Position numbers and translations under genes: made by a program
Notes under the pieces: model-generated
Databases searched by the model: none
Told to the model about the DNA's origin: nothing
What the model saw: only the letters and a program-made list of their open reading frames with translations
Source: Sphagnum compactum
Lineage: Eukaryota
Assembly (NCBI GenBank): GCA_965153455.1
Contig: OZ234493.1
Span: 21,752,213-21,816,212, forward strand
Direction of reading: 5' to 3'
DNA length: 64,000 bases
Shown here: piece after piece, positions 25,095 to 36,500 of the stretch
Layout: every line of letters begins with the position of its first letter
How positions within the stretch are numbered: position 1 is the stretch's first letter

Positions 25095-26180
25095 GAATTA
25101 TCTTTGGAGAATAATAGTTGTGGTGAAAACTATTAGAAAGAATAGCCTAATAGTCTGCAGTAGAAAAATAGTTATAATACAAGCAAGCCTTGGTTAAATT
25201 TCTTAAACAGAAAAATATCAGAGATAAGAAGAGGTGTGCTAATAAACTGTTAGGACAATTGAAATGTGGAACATTACAAGTGTTATAGGGTGCTCTTTAC
25301 GAATGAAGAAATAATTAGTGTTGGCCGGTCCTAGTAACTGGGTACCTGGATCACAGGTTTTTAATTTTTTTTAAAAAAATTCAGAACTGGAAATTAGAAA
25401 TGGGAACCAGTCAGCGACCAGAACCAAAACTGGGAACCGGCCCCCAAATAAAACCAGACTCAGAACCAGAACTGACCCTAAACTCATTGCATGGAATTTT
25501 TGGTTCTTCATTTTTCCAAAATAGAAAATAAAAAATTCAAGTTTGAAAGTTTTTTTTTTCCCTCTTCCTGACTGGTGTTAGACATGTTATTAGTTTCAAA
25601 AAAAATTTGGGGTTTGGAATAATAATATCACCAATTTTTGAATAATAATAATTTGGGTTGGGGTGAGGGTGGCATTAGGCATGTTGATTTTACGTCTGGA
25701 AAAAGTTTCAAATATGCATTATTGAGAAATTTTAATTTTAATTTAATTTAACTTTTTTTGCGTCTAAGCATGTTTGATATATGTGGTCACATTTCTTGGT
25801 GATACAGTGCTAGTACCTAGAAAAATTCAGTTTTGGACTCTGTGTAGCTAGGTAAAATTAGATCCAATTTAGAACTGGCGTCATTTAAGAATTTATTTAT
25901 AAAGGATTGGGGGTCTTGAAATGTGAAGAAACTGGAACTGGACCAGAGGTTCTATGATATATTCTTTAAAATCCTTGAACCAGAAACCAGGGTTCTTCCA
26001 AAAAACCGGTTTTCACTTACTTTTTACTTTCACACGCTGTGGTTGTTCCTCGCTCAAGAGTCGGGTACGTACTAGGATTTAATGAGTAAATAAAAAAGCC
26101 TCACGTAAAGGCTGGCTTTTACAAAGTTTCCAAACCTTCCTTGCTGCTTTCCTTGTACCGTGTCAGTCTCCAATTCTTCG
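25095..26180 (+). repeat. Dispersed repeat block 'A', copy 2
   Basis: Colinear with 7745-8660, plus fragments matching 9210-9385. Confidence 0.8.
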
Positions 26181-26289
26181 CTTCTTCGACGACAGTGCAG
26201 TCTGCAACTAATTGCACTTGTAGCCGCCTAGTCAAGCTATTTCACAGAAATCCTCCCTACCAGCAGTACCTTATCCAAAACTCTGAGAC

Positions 26290-27640
26290 TTACATGCAAT
26301 TAGTACATCTAACATATCAAAAAAATAGGAAATATTCAAAAGATATCTATTTTTTGAAAATAAACCAATTATCAATACTTTCATCTTTGGGTGTAAGCAT
26401 TGACTATGGGCATGTCCCAATTCTTCCAAACCTTAATTGCAATACTTACATCATTTGAAATCAATGTTAAAATAATAATTAAGGTATTTTGCTTTCATTA
26501 TTATATTGTAAACTACCAATCTACCATAGTAAGCTTATCACAGTACTTACATAAATCTATATTGTGTACCTTCATCAAAAGCTCCTTTTTAGATAATAAC
26601 TATTTATTATGCAAGTGTTGCAAAAGCTTAATCCTTGTAATCTAAAGGAGAGCTTGTCCACCAAATACAATACCTACATCTAATGGACAGAATGAAATAA
26701 GAAATATCCAAATATCTGATATTTGATATTTATAAATAAAACAAATTTATTAAAACAAATCATCATTCTGATGAAAAAGGTACGACAATATCCGCATTAA
26801 ATGGTTAAATCCCTCACTTGAAGGAGTAGGGAATTTACAATACCTTCATTTAATATATTAATATATAATTAATACCCATGAAAGATATGACATTATATGC
26901 AATACTCGTATTAATGCCCATCAACCTTCAATTATAATATACTTTAAACCTTGCAATACTTGCATGTAAGACCAATTTAATGTCACAAGAAAAAAGATGG
27001 GTAAACATTACTCGCATGTTGACTTGGAGATCATTGTACTATTGACCTACAATACCCACATTATATAGGGTGGTAGTTCAATTGTACATGATGCAAGTAT
27101 GCAATACCCACCTTTATATGACATTTGAGTGAGATATTTTTGTTTGGGAGTTTTAGAATATATGTGTTATACAACCTTAGTGTTGTATTTTTAACGTTCA
27201 AACCCTTATATGTTCATTGATACAAAATCAATGCATTAACACATAAATAATTTATTTTTTGACACATTTATAATATCATGCACATTTTAGTAATGGAGAA
27301 TTACAATGGGGGATAAGTAGAAATAATTTTGTGTTGTTTTGTTTACTCATGAACCTTTTTCTTGCAGATATTTTCATGTTCTAATATCATCTCATGCTAA
27401 TCCTTCATTTGATGCACGAATTGCTAAGTCCATCATTTAACACAATGAAATACCATGTCAAAATGCATGACTTCATTCATCTTAGAAAGGCAAATATTTT
27501 GTACATCTATTGCAATAACACACAATAATGATGTGATGTGATCTATGAGTTGAACCCCATCTTCTTTAATTTCGTTGATGATTTCATTGCAATATGTCAC
27601 CCATTTCAATAAACATTTTCTCTGTGGGGGTGGATGAACC
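26290..27640. mobile_element. Third, partial copy of the large decayed element
   Basis: Colinear with 19255-20572 and 56470-57800. ORF 27433..27642 is paralogous to 20357..20557. Confidence 0.8.
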
Positions 27641-27647
27641 ACCTAGA

Positions 27648-29700
27648 CTCAGGTAAATTTTCTTAAACAAAAAAACATCAGAGATAAGAAGTGTGATAAT
27701 GAACTGCTATGACAATTGAAATGTGGAACCTCACACTTATGTGCATGCTATCTGCTATAGCTAGGACATTATAGACAGCTCTTTATGAATGAAGAAACAA
27801 TCAGTGTTGGCCGGTTCTAGTTACTGGGTACCTGGATCATGGGTTTTTAATTTTGAAAAAAATTCACAACTGAAACCAAAAATGGGAACCAGTCAGCAAC
27901 CGGAACCAAAACTGGGAACCGGCCTTCAGTTAGAACCGGACCCAGAACCAGAACTGACCCCAAAACGCATTGCATACAATTTCTGGTTCTTCACTTTTTA
28001 AAATTAAAAATTCAAGCTTTAAAGTTGGTTTTTTCCCCCCTTTCCGACTGAGGCTAGATATGTTATTGGTTTGAGAAAAAAATCGGGGTTTGGAATAATA
28101 AGAGCACCAATTTTTTGAATGATAATTTGTGTTGGGCTGGGGCTAGCACCAGGCATGTAGATCTTACTTCTGGAAAATGTCTCAAATATGCAATTTTTAG
28201 ATATTTTTATTTCTATTTCTATTTTATTTTGTTTAGTGATATATGTGGTCACATTTCATTGGTGATACAGTGCTACAAACTAGAAAAAATTCAGTTTTGC
28301 ACTCTGTGTAGGTAGGTAAAACTAGATCGGATTTAGAACTGGACTCACTTTAAGAATTTATTTATAAAGAACTGGGAATGGGGGGTGTTGAAATGTGAAG
28401 AACCGGGTCTGGAACTGGACCAGAGGTTCTATAATATATTCTTTAAAATCCTTGAACCACAACCTTGGGTTCTATCCCCCAAAAAAAATCTCAGTTGTGA
28501 ACCAGGCCCAGAGGTTCTTTTGAAAATTAAGAACCAGCCAACACAGAAAATAACCAATGAGGGGTGTTAAGTATGCAAATCTAATATATTAAAGCAAACG
28601 TGGTGTCTGTATGTGTGGACAAAAATTGGGCAGTGCCTGGAAGATTCTTCCAGTCACTGCCCGTTCCCTGTGGAGCTGGTCTGTAGTAGATGGCAAAATA
28701 GGATAGGTGAGATGATATTCAGGGCACAAAATCAGCACCCATGGCACATATAATCCTATATATAAAAGCAAACGTTGTGTCTGTCTGTCGAGGTCTTGAA
28801 ACTCAGATCTTGTCTGTCCGTCTGTCGAGGTCCTGAAACCTAGATCCCGTTTGTCCGTCTGTCCATCTGTCTTAAACCCCTAAACCACATCCCCAAGAAG
28901 AAGAAGAAAAACAAGACGAGGTCTTGAAACGAGCGAGGTCCTTAAAACCTTCGAGGACCTGAACCGAGGTGGCCAGTACCCGGTCCAGACCTCGAGACGA
29001 ACCTGAAACGAGGTTCCCAAAAAGAAAACCTGTCGTTGGGGACCTGAAACGAGGTTCTCAGAAAGAAAACTCGTCGTTGGGGATCTGAAACGAGGTCCTC
29101 AGAAAGAAAACCCGTCGTTGGGAACCTGAAACGAGGTCCTCAGAGAGGCCAAAAAAAACAGTGGCCAGGGCAGCCGCTGCGGGGGTGCCGGGCGAGGTGC
29201 CACGGGTGGCTGGAGTGGCGTAACCACGGGTCACAACACTCGTATTCCTTATAGGCGTGTATGTAATAAGGACACCATACAGAAAATTCTCTAAAATATG
29301 GCATATCACACCCCATAATTGCCCATTGAACACTAAATCAAAATTACGACCGGTTTTTAGGGTTTCCGTAGCCTTGCCATCTAGTCCACACGGTGTGGTT
29401 TTTCCTCCTCTCAGTAGTCACTATGGTCTAATGAGCAAAAGGCCTAAAGTACAGGCCGGCTTTTCCATATACAAATTTCGGAGCCTTCCTTTTGATTTCC
29501 TCTCACGTCACCATCTCCATTTCCTCGCTCCTTCAGCAGGAGCCGTGGCGTCTTGTCCATACCGTGTAGTTTTCCCTCCTGTCAAGAGTGGGGTAGGGTG
29601 TAATGAGTAAAAGTCTGAAGTAAAGGCTGGCTCTTACATATACACAGTTTCTGAGACTTCCTTGCTGCTTTCCCTGTACCTTCACAGTTTACAATTCCTC
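27648..29700 (+). repeat. Dispersed repeat block 'A', copy 3, directly upstream of the pseudokinase gene
   Basis: Colinear with 7840-9405 apart from the Helitron and MITE insertions. Confidence 0.85.
28580..29242 (+). mobile_element. Non-autonomous Helitron, 663 bp
   Basis: Inserted precisely between A and T with no TSD: the empty paralog reads GTGCAAA|TATTCCTTATAG at 8766-8784. 5' end TCTAATATATTAAAG. Subterminal hairpin GTGGCGTAACCAC and 3' end CTCG, a variant of canonical CTRR. Confidence 0.88.
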
Positions 29701-30578
29701 CCATCTTCGGCAATAGTACACTCTGCATCTTGTCGACTTTTGCGCTAGTTATGGACCTCTTCGACAGAAATGCTCTGAACCTGCAGTACCTGATACCTCC
29801 AAAACTCGCCGTCTTCCAGCTAATACTCACACCCGGCTGCTCCGTCTCTTGGATCTGAAGCTTGTTTGCAAATCAGGTTTGCTCGGAATGGGTCGTCTTT
29901 CTATTTACACTTTCTGTGTCTGTTTTTGTAGAGAGAGTGATGACATCCTCCACAGACTAGTTTCGTGAACGTGAGATGAGACTAGCCACCCGTTCTGCTC
30001 AGATCAGAACACCCATTACTGCTTGATACAAAACCTGAGGTTCCTCAAACCGTTCTCATGATGGTCCTCCTTTTACCTTTTCTCCTGAGTTCAAGAAATC
30101 TTTTGAACGCCGTGCACAGGGGTTCTGGCGTGCTCTAAAGCATACAGCTTCGCACTTGTCCATCTCATGCATTCCCTGACTGACATCAGCAAAGAACCAC
30201 TTCTCCTCTCGCGTGAAGGGGATTACCTCGATCCTCTCTGTCTGCTTGCTGTCTTTCTCGTTGCTGTCGCTCGCCGGAATTCATCTACGGTTGCCAGTCT
30301 CGAAGGAAGACATAGCCGGAGGCCAGAGATCACTGAACTCGCCGCCGGTTCAAAGGAACTGGGAAACTTAACAAGTGTAGCGTTGCAATCAAGTCCTTTT
30401 CCAAGGCAGCTTGCAGAGTGAGGCCGAGCACTCACGTATATCCAACGGAAGTGTTCGCCCTATCACGCTGCCGTCTTCTCCTGCGGAGAAATTAATATAC
30501 CTTACGATTACGAACTTTCTTGCCGTGCTTCTAGTGCTCAACGAAGAACAAGATGAGGTCAGCCTCATTCTAGTGCAA

Positions 30579-33500
30579 ATGGAGCCAAGGAGAAATACAG
30601 AGACAGATGGGTCATCGGGGCGTCCTGTAATGAGCGACGAACCGAATGAAAGCAGTGCAAAATCTGTGCTGACGGAGGTGACGAGAAGTAACCAAAGAGT
30701 GTTGCGTGGTTCTATGATCGCCGACGAAGAGATGGATGCTACTCTCAAATCTGAAGTATTGTTCAACACGACAGATGGGTCATCGGGGCGTCCTGTAATG
30801 AACGACGAACCGAATGAAAGCAGTGCAAAATCTGTGCTGACGGAGGTGACGAGAAGTAACCAAAGAGTGTTGCGTGGTTCTATAATCGCGAAAGAAGAGA
30901 TGGATGCTACTCCCAAATCTGAAGTATTGTTCAACACGACAGATGGGTCATCGGGGCGTCCTGTAATGAGCGGCGAACCGAGTGAAAGCAGTGCAAAATC
31001 TGTGCTGACGGAGGTGACGAGAAGTAACAAAAGAGTGTTGCGTGGCTCTACAATCGCGAAAGAAGAGATGGATGCTACTCCCAAATCTGAAGTATTGTTC
31101 AACACGACAGATGGGTCATCGGGGCGTCCTGTAATGAGCGGCGAACCGAGTGAAAGCAGTGCAAAATCTGTGCTGACGGAGGTGACGAGAAGTAACAAAA
31201 GAGTGTTGCGTGGCTCTACAATCGCGAAAGAAGAGATGGATGCTACTCCCAAATCTGAAGTATTGTTCAACACGACAGATGGGTCATCGGGGCGTCCTGT
31301 AATGAGCGGCGAACCGAGTGAAAGCAGTGCAAAATCTGTGCTGACGGAGGTGACGAGAAGTAACAAAAGAGTGTTGCGTGGCTCTATAATCGGCGACGAA
31401 GAGATGGATGCTACTCTGAAATCTGAAGTAGTCTTCAACACGACAGATGGAAACCCGTCTGATTTGCGTGAGACCTCGCTCACCGTGCCTTCTGCTAGCA
31501 AGAAATCGAAGAACAGGTCTGTGTACCTAAATCCTACCCTAGTGTTCTTAGCAATCCCCGTCCTACTCTGTTGAATCTATTCAAGCATAGACCGCTTTTG
31601 CATCGTCTTGTCGAAGTCTACTGGAGCCCTACAATGGCTATGACTTCTCTAAACATACATATCCTTATGTACTTAACTTAAAAAATTTCAAACTTTCTTT
31701 TTTTGCGGTGGTGAGGTTAGGTTTCACCCAGCTAACCTTGATCATCAGTTCTTCAGAGTTAAACAAGACCCCCTTGCACCATGAACCTAGGACCCATCAT
31801 TCTGCTCCACCTGAGGAGTTTTTCATGCCATATATCTGTTTCATGTATATAATTTCACTAGTGGCGTCTTCCAAACATGGAGATGCACACTAGAAATGCA
31901 AACTGGAATTTGAGTGATCCAGCAGGTATGTGTGTCATGCCTCTCATATGGCTCTTGTGATTTCATGGTGGAATTATACAGTGAGCCCGGTTGTTACACA
32001 TTGATGGAGGTGAAGGTGATGACTGATAATTTTGGGAAGGAAATTCATTGGGAGCCCTGGGGGACAATGTACCATGGAAAGTTGCAAACTGGACAAGAAG
32101 TGGCAGTGAAGGTTTGGGGGGTTGACAAATTACCTTCAGTTGCAAAAGAGTTTCACCAGTTTGAAACGGTGAGGAGCCCTATTTCTTGATCAACCAATCG
32201 TGTCTGATAACTTGATAGATCCACTTCTCATTAGAATGGAATTTTATTTGATCATTAAATTGCCTTGTAAAACAATTGACCCTCAACCATGCCCTTAAAT
32301 GATTTAAGTACTAAAAAATGTTAGGACATGTTTAGCATGAGCATTGAATGCATTTAAGCACTGCATTCAAGGAGCCATTCAACACCCCTACTGAAGTATA
32401 TTACAAAATATTTTGCAAGCTATGAAATTGCTAATACTAGAGCGAACTCATACCCTAGTTTTTTTTCTCTTTTGCTAAAATTCATAGCCAAATGTGTGTT
32501 TGAAATCACAAGGGTTGTGATCTGGGTGTAAAATGTGGTTTTAGTTTTGTGGAGAGTATGAAAGGTGTTGTGAACACATAGTCAAAGTGATTGGTTATTG
32601 TGAAGAAGGAGATCAACAAATTTCAATCTATGAGTACATGCCTGGTGGAACTCTGAAACATCTTCATTGTGAGTTGTTGCTTCATATTGTGCAATAGAAG
32701 AGTAAATGAATCTGTTGTTGTTTTCCTAGTGAGCAGATGCTCCAATTAAATTTCATTGTCTACTAGGGAATGTTTCCTTTTGTGTGTTGGAGGATATGTC
32801 ACTAATGAAGTCCTTGCATACAATTAGGAAATCATCATTTTATTTGTAGATTCTTTATGCAAAGTTTGCTACAGTTGCATTTCAAAGAGTATGTTAGATT
32901 GAAATAGAGTATGTCAAGTTGGACCCTGTATTAAGCTTACAAAATGAATTAGTTTTTGTACTTGATTTGTTTTATAATTTTGGTTTTAAAGAGCGTTATC
33001 GTCTAGGTCTATACATGATATCCATATGATTCTTAAAAGGCCTCTGGATTTTGATAGTGGGTGCAACTCAAATGTGAGTGTAATGCATGCAACCTAGTCT
33101 CTTTATTGAGATTGAATATTTTTCGTGGTCAATGGTTAACAATTGTTGTTTTAGCTGTTTGTCAACTGACATTAGGTGATTTAACTCCTTTGTTTCATAC
33201 CCACCTAGATGTGTATCATAAGCCTTCTTGATTCCTAAACTAAAACCTTGGTTATTTTTCCCCATTGTAGCAATAAATTTTTGGGGGCTAGTGTTCCTTG
33301 TTAGTTTATGCATACGTTCATCATTCGCTTGTAACTTATTTAAATGACTTCATAATTTCACTCCATGACTTTTACAGATAAAGGTGTTTTCGACTCGGAA
33401 ACTCATGCATTGGATGGAAAAACACGACTCCAAATTGCCCTACACATAGCTCAAGGTAACTATTAAATTTTTAAAATAACGTGTTTTATATGTTCTTTAT

Positions 33501-36500
33501 TGATTGACAATTTCAACTAGAGTGGGGTGATTAGTTTCTGAAAGTAATATGCATAAAGCTATTCTTCAAACCAACTTAGGATTCATTCCATCTAATTTTT
33601 TTTTCAAGTTGGTCTTTGAAAGTAAAGGTGTCATTTTGGATGAGTTCCACAAGCATATGCCAAATCCAAGAAATGTAGAAAACTATCATGTACGAGTATA
33701 ATCATCAATATCTTCATTGCATTGAACACCTCATCCACATGTAATGTTCGTTTTTTTGTTGTAAAGAAAGGTCTATAAGGGTAGAACCCTTTCTATTTTT
33801 TACATAATGAAGTTTTAGCTGTGCTTTGATGAGTTGAAACCCTATGCTTGGTTGTTCAATACTTGAATTTTCAAATTATTACTTATGTATATGATTTAGG
33901 TGGAAAATGGCATTGCATTTTTTAGAATGTAGCCAAACTAATAAAGGCTTTTCGGAACCTGACACATAATTAATGAGGCGGGTCTTACAAGGTTGTTAAG
34001 TTATAGCCACTCCACAAAAATATTGCAAACCAATAGTGGTGCACCCCTCAAAATTTGGGGGGCTATTTATTTGTCACATAATGCTGACAGATATAGAAGT
34101 GAAAGTGGGCTATGTCATATCAGGTTTAGTATTCCAAATGGAATTTTGCACCAATTGTTGGGGGTTCACAAGTTCAAGTAATCATTATTTCCATAATTAG
34201 TTTCATGAAGAATAAAATGGTGTATTTGTGAATGAAGTGTGTGATGGTTATACCTCAAATATGAAGACATTTGCTCGATATTGGTTGAACAGGTCTACAA
34301 CATTTTCCTGGACTATGTTCCAAATTAAGGAGCAATGATATTTTTCTTACAGAGAATTGGGTACCGAAGGTTCAGTTTTCTCCAACAATTACTAATTCTT
34401 CAATATGGTATGTAATTTGTGTTGAACTTTCCATGTTTTTCCTGCCTACATGTTATTATTGTTGATTGATTCAAAAGCCAAATTTTTAAAAATGTCCATA
34501 TTTTCTTCCTTAAACCTATGGCCTCAATTTATAAAACCTCATATATATACATAATAATTTTCTATGAAGCCCACATTTCTAATGTTTTTGTTGGATGTCA
34601 TTATCAAATTGCAGTCCAATTAGTGTTTCAAGTTCATTTCCAATAATCAATTATTGGACTTTCTTTATCACTCAAAAGGAATGTCCAATGCAAATTTGCA
34701 TAGACCCAATTTGAGGGTCTATTTGATGTTTGCTAATGAGTCATTTATTGCTAGTTTAAGCTTTTGTAAACATAGGATAGGTGGACATAGGGATATTGCA
34801 AGAATGTATCATCTAATGTTAGCATTCATATAGACTAATAGAGATATTGAGATCAAATTCCATAAGAGTCATACATGGACTTGGATGCCCTTTGTGTCAC
34901 CATTTTTATTCACAAGAGAAACATACATTGTTTAAGACGTAGGTCAAATTTCTTAAAGACATGGCATTTGGGGGTCTAAATCATGTCAAAGTAAATTTTG
35001 GGATTATTAAACTACTAATTTACGTAATGTTTGCAAAATATTTTCCTTGTTAAATCTAGCTTCAATCATTAGGTGTATTTAATTTTGAGTTCTAAATTGT
35101 TGATTTCAAACTCACAATTTGGTGAAAGAAAATGGAGGCTAGTGCCATTAAATATTACATTGACTTTGTAACAAAACTTCTAACCATTTGCATATGGTTG
35201 TTAGGTCAAAAGAAGCAGTTATGCGCAAATTTGGAGTTTTTTTATGGGAGCTAATTTCTGGGGAACCACAACCCAGAGATCGAAAAGGGATAAATCATTT
35301 GGTATTATTCCTTGAATCTATAGTCCATTTTTTGTTTACACAATTAATTGTTCGACTGTTGGCCATTTGATTCACAAAAGAATTATAATTTCAAGAAATC
35401 CATTCTAGGCTTCTATATTATAAAAAAAAAAAGATTGACCAATGAACATTGGAGATGAAATTTATTTAATTAATAAGTATAATTATTACTAATATGCCAC
35501 ATTTGCAAATAATTTTCATGGATTCATCAAGATAGGAACTTACTCCCCACATGTCAATGAAAGTCAAGGTATGGAAGAGACCATTGTTCATACAAGGAAT
35601 AATGTACAGACTTGTAATAACAACAAAGAAAAATAAGAGAGAATTTAATTGCGCAAAAGAAGGTTAGTCAAAACCCATATGTTGTTCATGCACATGTTAA
35701 ACCAAGTTGTGAATGTATAATGTGAAATGTCTAAATACATCAAAGTTGAGATTAGATGACATATTCAAAAACTAAATTGGATTTGCAACCCCTTTTTCAT
35801 TGTTACAAACAATAAAATGACTTGCACACTTGGACTCATGGATAGGTGAAAATCGTTTCGGAAGATTTTGGCAACATTGGGATCAGCAACCTTACCCTTA
35901 GCTCCAACTTCCCAAAAGAAGCCATTGAGAAAATTGTGAAGTTAATACGTATGTGTCTACAAACAAATCGACGACAACCGCGGGTTCTTCAATTAACAAT
36001 GAGTGATGTGATCGATGAAATTAATGGTGCATTGCAATTGGAAAAAGGTCAGAAGGCTGAAGAAGGTGTTATTAAGATTGAAATTCCTCAATATGCTTCA
36101 CAATAAAAAATTATGTCCCTCATTTAAAATTCCTTTCCAAAGATATCAAGTGGTAAATGAAATTCATTGAGAAGTCTACCTCTAATTGTGAACATGTGTT
36201 TATCAATCTTAAAAGGGGAAAAACAGCAACAACCTAAAACAAGCAATGTGCAAAGTCGTGGTTCCAGGTTAGTGTTCCAAATTACATTCATCTATCATTT
36301 AATGCAAGAAATGACTAGAAATTTGATTAATCAACAATCTATGTTGTGGGACTGTGTAGTGACTTTTTCTTCACCTAGGACCTTTCCATTATAGAGATGG
36401 ATGTGGTCATAGGGTACTAACTAATGATTGGAAATTAAGTTTTGTTGCAAGGTCACCAATGTGGACCTTGTAAAACAAACATACCTTCATGTGTAAAACA

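Noticed and set aside
30411-30578. Hydrophobic N-terminal extension (possible signal/TM) of the 387-aa ORF
   Set aside because: It depends on a non-ATG start, and the first ATG is 30579. An upstream coding exon cannot be excluded but is unsupported.
30389-31501. 370-aa antisense ORF over the 168-bp repeats
   Set aside because: A stop-free unit repeated five times stays open trivially. The + strand has the in-phase donor linking to the kinase exons.
31517-31574. Hydrophobic C-terminal tail VYLNPTLVFLAIPVLLC
   Set aside because: It is read-through into the intron after the AG|GTCTGT donor at 31516.
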